Source: an uncultured Planctomycetota bacterium
GTDB lineage: Bacteria; Planctomycetota; PLA2; JAEUHO01
NCBI GenBank assembly: GCA_963752285.1
Contig: CAVVXN010000003.1
Location: 1 to 64,000 of the forward strand
Reading direction: 5' to 3'
DNA: 64,000 nucleotides
A model generated the notes under the pieces. The model had not been told where the DNA came from and made no database searches. It worked only from the letters and a program-made list of their open reading frames with translations. The position numbers and the translations under genes are program-made. Shown here in pieces: positions 10,867-20,603 of this stretch. The stretch's first letter is position 1; each line of letters opens with the position of its first letter.

Positions 10867-12834
10867 ATGCGGGGTGAGACACACCATTCGAGCGGTCGCT
10901 GCGGTCTTGGCATGGTGATGACGGTGGCAGCAGCCATCGTGCTCCTTCTCGGGGGGGTGTCGGGATATGTCAAAGGAGAGGGAGATCAATCAGGGGCGCC
11001 TCTCGGCTTGAAGTCTTTGACAGCAGCCAAGACCGCGAGCAGGACCGCGTGCATTGTGGGGAAAATAGATGCGACGGCACATGCCGTTGTCCACATCAGA
11101 TCCGGACACCGGGAGCTTCGGTACGACCTCGAGCCGGGCGCTCTCGCGATGATCTTCGCCTCGAGCAGGGAGGTCCCGACGTGGGCAGGAGTAGAGGCGG
11201 AGCCAGCTTCCACGCCGGCAGGCACATGGTGGACGACGGTTCGACGACGGGTCAGCGTGCATAACGGGAGTTTCAGCCTCGGGAGCCTGCTCGCCCTCGG
11301 GCGGGTGATCCCCGGGGGCTTCGCCGTCGAGCTGTGGGGAGATGGACTGACGTGTCAGGATCTGGACCCTGCCTTGACAGGTCTCGTTTGCCGGCGCGGC
11401 AAGGTGAGACTCGGGCGTCTCGTCTCTCGGCCGCTGCGAACCGACTCCTACTTGCCCTGGCGCACTCCTCCCCCTGCGGGCGAGCCTTCCGAGGCAGGGC
11501 GCATCGTTCAAGTGGCATGTGGTGGCGTTGCGGCAACCGCGCCTGACGCCACGAGAGGCGTCGAGATCCTACCGTCGGTGCCCGCATCGGCGTCGACCCC
11601 CAGGGGCGCGCTCCTCTTCGATGGCGGGTACCGAACTCCGTATCCGAATGCGCTGACCCCCACGCCGCAAGGAGCTGCTCTGTTGGAGGAGTCGGGATTC
11701 GGCACGTCCTTCCAAGGGCTTGCGGTGCTGGTCGATGGTGAGTACATCGGCTGGTGCGAAGCAGGCGGGTGGCAGCATGGGGTCCACCACCTGTTCACGT
11801 TGAGAGACGACCGGTCGTACGGCGATGGGAGCCTCGACGGACACGTAAGCGAGTGCCTTGTCGCGGGCGGCGCGCTGGACCTGGCTCCGGAGGTGTTGGC
11901 TGTCGCGCGCCGTGACCCCGAGGGGAGGATCGAGATCCACGCGTGGCTCGGTGCTGACAATTTGACCGTGGGAGTCGCCGTTGGGGGTGATGCGGCCGCC
12001 AGCCCCGAATGGTCTTACGAGTACACCCTGAACGCCCCTCTTACGCCTCGAGACCGCCTCGTCGACGAGGCATCGCAGGTTCTGTTGGGGCGGGCGGGCA
12101 TGACCGATCTCGCGACCCTTACGTTTCGGGCAGCCGTGGAGGACGAAGACGCCCTCCGGGACGTGCTTGGCAGGGCGGATGCCGCAGGGGTGCGCTCGGC
12201 GATGGCGCGTGCCCTGGCGGGGAGCCTGGGTCGGGCGCCGTCCTACGAGGACTTCCTGTTACAGATGAATCGAACGGGCCTGGACCCGGACCTGCAGTCG
12301 CTTTGCAACGGCCAGTGCGGCCCGAACTGCGCCGAAGCCTTGGCCACCCATCATCGGTGTGACGAGCGGTGGCGCGAGAACGAGGTGCTCGACGATCTGG
12401 TTCAGTCGGTGATCGACCAGCGAAGAGACGTAGCAACTCGGTTTCTGCACCTGCTGCGTGTCCCCGACGAAGACCGCCGGACCCAGGCCGCTTGGGCGCT
12501 GCTCACCGACCGCTGGCTCCAGACTCGTTGGTGGATGCGCGACGAGCCCCGGTATGACGATGACGCGATGGAAGCACTGCATACCGTGCTGCGAGGGGGG
12601 ACGAGCGACACCGCGATCATCCGCGCGGCCATGGTGGCCGGCGAGTGCCAGGATGCGAGTCCTCTCCTGAGGGAAGACCTCGTTGTTTTGCTCGGGCACC
12701 CATCGCCCGAGGTCCGGGAGATGGCGGCTGGCGCACTCGTTCGGCAGCGATGGAATGTGCCCGCGGCAGAGAAGATCCTGGGCGATGCCCCGCAAGCCAC
12801 TTGGGTTCGGGAGTGGATGACGTCCGAGAAGTAG
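10867..12834 (+). CDS. 655-aa exported/membrane protein with C-terminal HEAT-like repeats; candidate partner of Rhs tip 2
   Basis: Starts 11 bp after the Rhs stop. N-terminal hydrophobic helix; LVVLLGHPSPEVREMAAGAL is HEAT-like. Confidence 0.7.
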   Translation: MRGETHHSSGRCGLGMVMTVAAAIVLLLGGVSGYVKGEGDQSGAPLGLKSLTAAKTASRTACIVGKIDATAHAVVHIRSGHRELRYDLEPGALAMIFASSREVPTWAGVEAEPASTPAGTWWTTVRRRVSVHNGSFSLGSLLALGRVIPGGFAVELWGDGLTCQDLDPALTGLVCRRGKVRLGRLVSRPLRTDSYLPWRTPPPAGEPSEAGRIVQVACGGVAATAPDATRGVEILPSVPASASTPRGALLFDGGYRTPYPNALTPTPQGAALLEESGFGTSFQGLAVLVDGEYIGWCEAGGWQHGVHHLFTLRDDRSYGDGSLDGHVSECLVAGGALDLAPEVLAVARRDPEGRIEIHAWLGADNLTVGVAVGGDAAASPEWSYEYTLNAPLTPRDRLVDEASQVLLGRAGMTDLATLTFRAAVEDEDALRDVLGRADAAGVRSAMARALAGSLGRAPSYEDFLLQMNRTGLDPDLQSLCNGQCGPNCAEALATHHRCDERWRENEVLDDLVQSVIDQRRDVATRFLHLLRVPDEDRRTQAAWALLTDRWLQTRWWMRDEPRYDDDAMEALHTVLRGGTSDTAIIRAAMVAGECQDASPLLREDLVVLLGHPSPEVREMAAGALVRQRWNVPAAEKILGDAPQATWVREWMTSEK

Positions 12835-12840
12835 ACCAGT

Positions 12841-13017
12841 TGCGTGTCAGTTCCTTCTGGACGATTCCGCCGAGAGCTCGGCACCGCGGGCAACGCGACC
12901 GCCTACCGCGGTGAGGCCGCGGCGGGGAGAGCGGAGCGGGGCAAGGCGGAGCCGGGGCGGTCGTGCAGAGGTGCGTGTCAGTTCCTTCTGGACGATTCCG
13001 CCGAGAGATCGGCACCG
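12841..13017 (+). repeat. 46-bp direct repeat x2 (12841-12886, 12972-13017; one mismatch)
   Basis: TGCGTGTCAGTTCCTTCTGGACGATTCCGCCGAGAG(C/A)TCGGCACCG. Confidence 0.9.
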
Positions 13018-13419
13018 GTTCGGTGCTCTGCGTTACGACACTCTGCACATCGTGTTCGACCTCTCGACAGCAGGAGGCGAGGCTGGGCTGGGGCCCGGCA
13101 CGGGGAGGCCCCGACGCAGACCGGGGCCGGGTGGCGGCCAGGCGGGCGGCACGAGCCTCGCGGCGCCGGGTGGCGAGAGAAGCTCCGGGACGTGGTCGCC
13201 GGTCCCGAGGTAGACCTCGTCCGGGCTCGTAACTCGGACTGTGGAACGCACTCGCAGCACGGTCCCAACGAGCCCCCCGCGAGCTCCGGATCCTCGGGTT
13301 CCGCGCGCACGGCCAGTCGCGGTAGGATGCCAGCCATGGTCGAGCTCGGGGACGGTCCGCGATCGGGATGCGCGGCGGCGCGGCGTGCGAGCGGCACACT
13401 CCCGCCCCGCGGCACGACG

Positions 13420-14270
13420 GATGCGCTCGGGCGCCGGGTCGAGAAGGCCGTCTCCGGCGGCGCGACGACCCGCTACGTGCTCGACGGACCGCAGGTCGTG
13501 GAGGAGTACGACGGGCAGGACGTCTGGCAGGCCCGCTACGTCTACGAGGACGGGATCGATCGTCCCCGCGTCATGGACCGGGCCGACCAGGCGGACGTCA
13601 ACGGGAACCAGAACACGACGGAGGTGCTCCGTTTCACCTACCACCAGCAGGCGCTGGGTTCGGTGACGGAGGTCTCGGAGCCGGGCGGGAGCGTCGTCGA
13701 GTGGGTGACGTACGACGTGTACGGGAACCCCGCGATCCGCGACCAGCAGGGAAACGTCGTCTCGCAGAGCCCGGTCGGGAACCCGTACCTTTTCACGGGG
13801 CGGGAGTTCGACGCCGAGGACGGGCTCTACTTCTACCGGGCGCGGATGTATGACACTTCGGCAGGGCGGTTCCTGCAGCGCGATCCGCTTGGATGCGTCG
13901 AAGCGTTGAATCTCTATACATATGCGGCGACAGATCCCGCATTGCTTACTGATCCCAGCGGCCTCTTTACGATCAAGCCAGATCCAAGTCTTAGCCCCAG
14001 GGATGCGCCGGAGCGTGACAAGCTGCAGGGAGCGATGGAGCTTGCGGGCAAGACGGCTGAGGCAATCGTGCGTTGGCTGCTTGAGAATCAGGGCGGCTTG
14101 TTCAAGAGGTTCGGGTGCAAGTGGGACAACACGGAAGTGCAGAAGCTGCTGAAGGAGTTCTTTGAGAAGTCGAAGAATGGCGCGCCGCCCGGGCCGGAGG
14201 TGCTGTTGGGAGGCGTTCTTGGTGGCGGGGGACCTCTGGGACACCCCGCTGGGGGTTACGATAAGAAGAA
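13420..14270 (+). pseudogene. Orphan Rhs module 3 (distal core plus tip), truncated by ISL3
   Basis: Core similarity starts abruptly at DALGRRVEK with no credible start codon. DPSGL at 13951. The tip runs into the ISL3 end at 14271. Confidence 0.85.
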
Positions 14271-14848
14271 GGCGCATCAGGAAGTCGTGTGGGTCGCCGC
14301 GAGTGACGCCGGGTAGAGGTCGAGGCCTCCGCAGTGGAAGTAGATGGCATTCCGGAACCGTTCCCGGTTCCGATAGCCACACGCCATCCGCTTGATCGCC
14401 TGGATCTTCGCGTTCACCGACTCCGACGCCGCGTTCGTGATACCGGTCACCACGGCGTTGAGGATGCCTTGCAGGTGCTTCTTCACCATGCGCGCCTTCT
14501 GGCGCATGGGCTCGAGCCGACTTCGAACGGCCCAGCTCAGCCAGGCGTTCCATCCCTTCCGGGCCCAGGTCTCGCTCCGATAGCGCCACAGCCCCATGGC
14601 CGTCTCCTTGAGCGCCCACGCCCGCGCCGTCTTGCGAACCGTGTCGCTCAGCCGCAAGAGGTCCTTCTTCCGCTCGCGCTTCATGTGGGCTGGATTCTGC
14701 AGCCACAGGTACTTCGTCCCCTTCAGCGGACTCTCTCCCAGCGCGGCCATCTCGCGGTGCTCCGCGCGGCGCACCCGGTCCACGGCCTCCCCCAGGTGGC
14801 TCGCGACGTGGTACTTGTCGAACGCGATCCTCTTCTCCGCATCGGGTA
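14271..14848 (-). mobile_element. ISL3-family IS fragment (transposase C-terminus plus right end)
   Basis: Motifs FDKYHV, KGTKYLWL, ITNAASESVNAKIQAIKRMACGYRNRERFRNAIYFHCGGLDLYP. End GGCGCATC follows an A-rich target. Confidence 0.9.
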
Positions 14849-15137
14849 CGCGGCGGGCCGACTCGGACACGTCGGTTCAGGCGCAGACGACGCATCGTCG
14901 TGCTCGGTTCCCGGCGATGCGCCGAGCTCGCGCGTCGGCGCGGTGGGCGGCGAGGCGGTCGGGGACGTGTTCGGTGGTCACGAGCCGGAGCCTGCAGGTG
15001 CGCCCCCGGGGACTTGGCGCAGCAAGGATCAAAGGCCGTCACAAGCGGGCCTTTCGGCTCGTCTCAACCCAGGTCTCAACGGCTTCTGGCGAGCGTCGTA
15101 ACCTTGGGCGGGTGCGTGACTTGCGATGGGGGGCGCG

Positions 15138-15186
15138 CAGCTTCCCAAGCTGAATGTCGTCGGTTCGAACCCGATCGGGCGCTCCA
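15138..15186 (+). other. tRNA-Gly(CCC) 3' fragment (att-site-like scar)
   Basis: CAGC-TTCCCAA-GCTG anticodon arm, GTCGG-TTCGAAC-CCGAT T-arm and TCCA end. No D-arm or 5' acceptor strand upstream. Confidence 0.8.
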
Positions 15187-15307
15187 CCCTCGTTGCGCCT
15201 CCTCGCCGCAACTCGCGCGTCGTCGCACGATTAGGGCGACTCTCTCGAAGTGCGCCGAATCCGGCCCGCTTCCTTACATCGTGCAGCGAAGCGCAAGGAA
15301 GCGTCAG

Positions 15308-17468
15308 GAGCACCTACGAGCAGTTCACGTATGACGCACTGGGGAGGATGCTGACGGCTGCGGACGACGACTTCCAGGTCGAGCTTACGTGGGACAGCAT
15401 GGGGAACGTCCTGAAGGATCGGCAGGGCTACAACGCGCAAGGGCAGGAGAAGTGGAAGGCAGTCACCACGACCTGGTCGGATGCCGGGAGCGTCCAGAGC
15501 ATCCTCTATCCGAGCACGTTCGCCGCGGCGCACACGAGGGACGCGATCTATCGGATGACGTCGCTCCAGGACGTGGGCGCGGGGACGAACATCGCGACTT
15601 TTACCCACCAGGGAGTCGGCAGGCTCGCCACGACCTCGAATCAGAACGGAACCTCGACGGACTACACCTGGGACGGCTTCGCCCGCATCCAAGACATCGA
15701 CCACAAGCTCGGAGGCGGGCAGACGTTCCACAAGTTCACGTACGCGTACGACAAGGTCCACAAGCGGCGGATGGAGCAGAACACCTTCGACGCCACCTGG
15801 GTCGGGACGCTGCCCCAGGCCGTCCAGACCTTCCTCTCGGCCCGGAACACCAAGGGGGACGTCTACGCCTACGACTGGGCCTACCGCCTGACGGACGTCC
15901 GCTACGACACGACGAGCCCCCTCCAGGAGGTCCAGACCCCGGGGAGCCAGGCGTTCGTGAAGAACACCCAGTACGTCATGGACGGCCTCGGGAACCGGAG
16001 CCAGACGCTGACGACCCCGCCGACCCCGCCCTCGACCGTGACGTACGCTTCGGACGTGGTCAACCAGTACACCCAGGTCGGCGGCGTCACCCGGACCCAC
16101 GACAACAACGGGAACCTCAAGGACGACGGGACGTACCTCTTCGCGTACGACTTCGAGAACCGGCTGGTCGAGGTGAAGCTCAAGGCGACGCAGGCCGTGA
16201 TCGCGACCTACCGCTACGACGCGCTCGGCCGCCGGGTCGAGAAGGCCGTGTCGGGCGGTGCGACGACCCGCTACGTCCTGGACGGACCGCAGGTCGTGGA
16301 GGAGTACGACGCGCAGGACGTCTGGCAGGGCCGCTACGTCTACGAGGACGGGATCGACCGGCCGCGCGTCATGGACCGGGCCGACCAGGCGGACGTGAAC
16401 GGGAACCAGAACACGACCGAGGTGCTCCGGTTCACCTACCACCAACAGGCGCTGGGGTCGGTGACGGAGATCTCGGAGCCGGGCGGGAGCGTCGTCGAGT
16501 GGGTGAGCTACGACGTGTACGGGAAGCCCACGATCCTCGACCAGCAGGGGAACGTCGTCTCCCAGAGCCCGGTCGGGAACCCGTACCTGTTCACGGGGCG
16601 CGAGTACGACGCGGAGGACGGGCTCTACTTCTACCGCGCGCGGGCGTATGACCCGGGGACGGGTAGGTTCCTGCAGCGCGACCCGCTTGGTCTGCTTTTT
16701 GGTCCGTGCGCCTACGAGTACTCATATGGCAGCCCGGCTAAATTCAAGGACCCCTCTGGGGAGGTTCCCCCTGACAATGGGATGTCCGACCCATACTACA
16801 ATCCAGACCATCCGCCAGGCCCGCCCGGGATGCACTACGGCTATCCACCGCCAGAATTCTGGGAGACGGTCGCGAGTGGCCCACTGGAACAGGTCATCAA
16901 AGACTGGATCTTCGATCCAACGAATCCAGTCGACTATGCACTTGCCATTGTGCCATTCAACAAGCTGCGCGGGCCGTTGAAGAAACTCCTCCGCTGCTTG
17001 CGCGGAGGCGAGCGAGCCGCCGCCAAGGCTGCAGCCAAAGTGGCGGAAGAGGCAGCAGCGAAGGCGGCGAAAGAGGCAATTGAGGTGGCGGCCAAGGAGG
17101 CTGCGGCGAAGGCGGCGGAGGCCGTAGCTGCTAAGGAGGCCGCTGAGACGGCGGTCAAGGATGCCGCGGACGGGGCGGCCAAAGGGGCTGCATCTCCGGC
17201 TGGAACGAACGGGTCGAAGAAGCCGCCGAAGAGGTCGCCGAACTTCCATCCACCAACGAATCCGCCGCAGCCGCTCCCGGTCGATCTTCCAGCGGGCCAC
17301 CACGTGCGTGAGATGCCACCCACTCCGGACTACCCGGACGGGTATTGGGTTCAGACAAACGCAGAGGGGCAACCAGTGAATCCTGCCACCGGAAAGCCGC
17401 CGGCCAATGTGAGTCAAGCTGGGAGCCGCGCGCAGACACACGTGCCGCTTCCCCCGCGGGGTCGATAA
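15308..17468 (+). pseudogene. Orphan Rhs module 4 (5'-truncated core plus intact tip with an (EAAAK)-like linker and a probable toxin domain)
   Basis: Near-identical to module 1 from ~1440. DPSGE at 16749. Tip ends [23 protein letters not shown]...THVPLP. Confidence 0.88.
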
Positions 17469-17825
17469 ATGTACGGACTCCCGCCGGATGTTGATCTCCG
17501 TTTTCTCCCGGGGGTGAGCCTGCTCCAGGTCTGCATCGGACAAAATGAGGTGATCCTACATTTCGATTCCGAAGTCAGGATTACGGTGCTTTCATCATTC
17601 GAGCTGCGCCAGCCGGATGGGCAGGCAATTCGGTGCGAGGCCCGTGGTTCTGCGGGGGCTAGACTGCTACCGCTGCTTTGCGCTGTCGTTCGAAGTGCAG
17701 TAGTTAGTGACTCTCGGGGACTCATTCTGGAGTTTGACACCGGTGCTTACCTGGAGCTCATGGACGATAGTGCTTCGTATGAGTCCTTCTGGATCAGACA
17801 CGGCACCGATGAGATCATTGTATAG
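17469..17825 (+). CDS. Putative cognate immunity protein (DUF6188-like)
   Basis: ATG directly abuts the toxin TAA. 118 aa, lower GC, motif LILEFDTG...DDSASYESFWI. Confidence 0.75.
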   Translation: MYGLPPDVDLRFLPGVSLLQVCIGQNEVILHFDSEVRITVLSSFELRQPDGQAIRCEARGSAGARLLPLLCAVVRSAVVSDSRGLILEFDTGAYLELMDDSASYESFWIRHGTDEIIV

Positions 17826-18048
17826 GAGGCGCAATAGAGTCGTCTGCGAGTGGGTTCCGGAGGATTCTTCGGGTATCCTGGCACTGCAACCCCGAGTCCC
17901 TAACGGACGACGGTGGCGACCGCCCCAGGCGCGGGCAGGCTGACCGAGCGCAGTCGACAAGGGTGCATGAACGGGCCGGCCGCAGGCCCTTGTTAGCGAC
18001 GCATCGACTGCGCGGACACGTCGAACTTCTTCGAGAGCGTCTCGGGAG

Positions 18049-18172
18049 GACGTGGGGGCGGGGGCGAACATCGCGGCGTTCGCGTACCAGGGGGCGGGCC
18101 GGCTCGCCACGACCTCGAACCAGAATGGGACCTCGACGGACTACACTTGGGACGGCTTCGCCCGGATCCAGG
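18049..18172 (+). pseudogene. Rhs core remnant (module 5), cut by IS66
   Basis: [41 protein letters not shown] matches the other cores. Confidence 0.85.
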
Positions 18173-18211
18173 GTATGCGTCCTGTGAACGCAGGTCTCCT
18201 GGCCGGGCGGC

Positions 18212-19777
18212 TCAGCCGCCGGCCAGCGCCGCCGTCCGCTCGCGGGCCTCGCGCCATCCCCGGGGCGTGAGCTCGTGCATGCGGTCCGCGGGGTGGGCGT
18301 CGACCCGCGCGAGGACGTCCGTCAGCCAGGCCAGCGGATCGATCCCCTGCATGCGGCAGGTCCCGAGCAGGCCGTAGAAGGTGGCCGCCCACGCGCCGCC
18401 GCGCTCGCTGCCGCAGAACGTCCAGTTGGATCGGCCCACCGCCACGGTCCGGAGCGCTCTCTCCGCGGCGTTGTTGTCCAGCTCGATCGCGCCGTCCTCG
18501 AGGACGCGCTCGAGCGCCGGCCACTGGTTGCGGGCGTATCCGACTGCCTTGCCCATCGGGCTCTTGGGAAGGACCTCCCTCTCCCAGGTGTTCAGGTGCT
18601 CGTGGAGCGTCTTGAGAATCTCAAAGCTTCGCTCCTGGCGGAGCACGAAGCGCAGCGCCACGAGCTCGTCCCGGGTCTGGCTCGCGCTCCGGGCGTCGTC
18701 CTCCACGTCGTAGAGCTGGCGGACGAGGGCGAGCACCGTGAGGGCGCGCGGGGGATCCAGGCCCCGGGCGTCGTAGAACCCGCGGCGCACGTGGGACAGG
18801 CAGGCCACACGCACCATCTGCGGATTCGCTCTCTTCACCGGAGAGTAGCCCGAGTAGCCGTCGGACTGGAGGTAGCGCCCCCGAAACCCCTCGAGTGCCC
18901 GCAGCGGCGCCTCGCTGGCGCGTCCCACCGAGAAGTCGAACGCCACCTCGGCGCGGTCGCCGACGTAGGCCCAGAAGTACGCCCGCGTGCACTGCTTCTT
19001 CGGCGGGTCGAGCATCTTCACCGGCGTCTCGTCGGCCTGGAGCACGTGCGAGGAGAGGATCGACTCCCAGTGCGCCTTCTCCACCGGGGCCAGGATCTCG
19101 CTCGTCTGCCGGATCCAGCCGCAGAGCGTCTGCTTGGTGAGAAGGGCGCCGCTTCGCGCGAGGATCCCCACCTGCCGGTTCAAGGGCTGGTGGTCCGCGT
19201 ACTTGGAGACCGCCACGTGGGCCAGCAGGGACGCGGTCGCCTTGCCTCGGGCGATCGGCGAGGTCGCCGCCGGCGCCACGCTCACGTGGTCCTTGCACCT
19301 CGGGCAGGCGTAGATCGGCCGCACGGTCTCGATGACCCGCAGCACGGCCGGCACGTAGTCGAGCTGCTCGCTTCGCTCCTGACGAATCTCCACCATCTGC
19401 TTCCCGCAGCCCGAACACTGTTTGTTCTCGGGCTCGATCCGCCGCACCTCGCGCGGGAGGTCCTTCGCCAGAGGCCGGCGCCCGTGGGCCTTGCGCCGGG
19501 GCTTTCGCTCGCGCTCGACCTCGTCGGCCGCATCGGTCTCGCTCTCCTCGACGGGAGCGCCCGGTTGGGCCTCGGCCTCGAGCGCGGCGAACGCGAGCTC
19601 GAGCTGGGCCGGGTCGAGCTGTTCGCTTCGGCGGCCGAACATGCGCCGGGCCATCACGTCCAGGCGATGCTTGAGGTCGACGATCTCCCCCTCCATCTCG
19701 TGCATGCGCTCGTGCATCTGGCGGATCAGCGCGTGCGCGCCCTCGAGGTCGGCGGGAAGGTCGATCGCCTGCGTCAC
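18212..19777 (-). CDS. tnpC: IS66 DDE transposase
   Basis: Motifs FGRRSEQ, CxxC zinc finger, QADETP, QSDGYSGY, DNNAAERALR. Confidence 0.95.
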   Translation of the reverse strand: MTQAIDLPADLEGAHALIRQMHERMHEMEGEIVDLKHRLDVMARRMFGRRSEQLDPAQLELAFAALEAEAQPGAPVEESETDAADEVERERKPRRKAHGRRPLAKDLPREVRRIEPENKQCSGCGKQMVEIRQERSEQLDYVPAVLRVIETVRPIYACPRCKDHVSVAPAATSPIARGKATASLLAHVAVSKYADHQPLNRQVGILARSGALLTKQTLCGWIRQTSEILAPVEKAHWESILSSHVLQADETPVKMLDPPKKQCTRAYFWAYVGDRAEVAFDFSVGRASEAPLRALEGFRGRYLQSDGYSGYSPVKRANPQMVRVACLSHVRRGFYDARGLDPPRALTVLALVRQLYDVEDDARSASQTRDELVALRFVLRQERSFEILKTLHEHLNTWEREVLPKSPMGKAVGYARNQWPALERVLEDGAIELDNNAAERALRTVAVGRSNWTFCGSERGGAWAATFYGLLGTCRMQGIDPLAWLTDVLARVDAHPADRMHELTPRGWREARERTAALAGG

Positions 19778-19834
19778 GCCTTGATTCTCTCAAGGACGAC
19801 GTCAATCACCAAGGAAACAATTCCGATTGACGGG

Positions 19835-20188
19835 TCACGCCGGGAGGCGGTTCATGCGCCGTCGGAGCCTCGCGTCGCGCAGGTCGATGCCCTCGAGCAC
19901 GCACAGGAGCTCGCGCGGCGAGGTCTCGACCTTGGCACCGGACACGCTCGCCGGCCACGCGAAGGTCCCTTCCTCGAGCCGCTTCGCCAGGCACCAAAAG
20001 CCGGTCCGATCCCAGTACAAGATCTTGATCCGGTCGCGGCGCCGGTTGCAGAACACGAAGACGTGGCCCGAGAGTGGATCGAGCTCCAACACCTGCTGGG
20101 TCAACCCGGCCAGGCCGTCGAAGCTCTTGCGCATGTCGGTGGGCCCCGCCGCGAGGTAGATCCGGACCGCCGGCGGGAAGCTCAGCAC
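19835..20188 (-). CDS. tnpB: IS66 accessory protein TnpB
   Basis: Motifs TDMRKSFDGL, FVFCNRRRDRIKILYWD, KRLEEGTFAWP. Confidence 0.95.
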   Translation of the reverse strand: MLSFPPAVRIYLAAGPTDMRKSFDGLAGLTQQVLELDPLSGHVFVFCNRRRDRIKILYWDRTGFWCLAKRLEEGTFAWPASVSGAKVETSPRELLCVLEGIDLRDARLRRRMNRLPA

Positions 20189-20535
20189 GAGGAGAGCGCC
20201 CGGACGAGCCGCGCGAGATCCTGCTCGTCGAAGCCGTGGGGCACGCACACGCGCTGCCCCGTGGCGAGAACCACCTCGAAGGGCGCCGGTGGCGTCAAGG
20301 GCAACACCGCCTCCACGAACCGCGGTCGCGATCCTGCCGGATCACCCCGTCGCGCGGGGAACTCCCTCAGCCACCGCGCCAGGGTCACGCACGCGATGCC
20401 CTCGCGCCGGCAGAAGGCGACCTTCGTACCGCCGCCTTCCCGCCACCGCGACAGCACCTCTCGAACCGCCCGCTCCCGCTCCGAACCTCGCAGGCGTCTG
20501 ATCATCCGTCCCGTGTCTCGCGCCGCCATGGGCAC
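20182..20535 (-). CDS. tnpA: IS66 accessory protein TnpA (HTH)
   Basis: AFCRREGIACVTLARW HTH; expected position within the element. Confidence 0.85.
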   Translation of the reverse strand: MPMAARDTGRMIRRLRGSERERAVREVLSRWREGGGTKVAFCRREGIACVTLARWLREFPARRGDPAGSRPRFVEAVLPLTPPAPFEVVLATGQRVCVPHGFDEQDLARLVRALSSC

Positions 20536-20603
20536 CTCCCTTCAGGACCGGAAGGTTCGCACGCGCGGGCTCGCGCGAAAACATGGGTCGACAGGACGCA
20601 TAC

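Larger units (their letters stand above)
18173..20603 (-). mobile_element. IS66-family element, complete; no target-site duplication
   Basis: Terminal inverted repeats GTATGCGTCCTGT / ACAGGACGCATAC enclose tnpA-tnpB-tnpC. Flanks GATCCAGG and CCCGCTCT differ. Confidence 0.95.

Noticed and set aside
15110..15186. Functional tRNA-Gly(CCC)
   Set aside because: The 5' acceptor strand and D-arm are missing.
17898..17998. Integron attC (CCCTAAC...GTTAGCG)
   Set aside because: Core sites deviate from RYYYAAC/GTTRRRY, there are no convincing L boxes, no integrase, and the pattern is not repeated at other cassettes.
1..18172. Diversity-generating retroelement
   Set aside because: No reverse transcriptase, and differences between copies are not adenine-specific.
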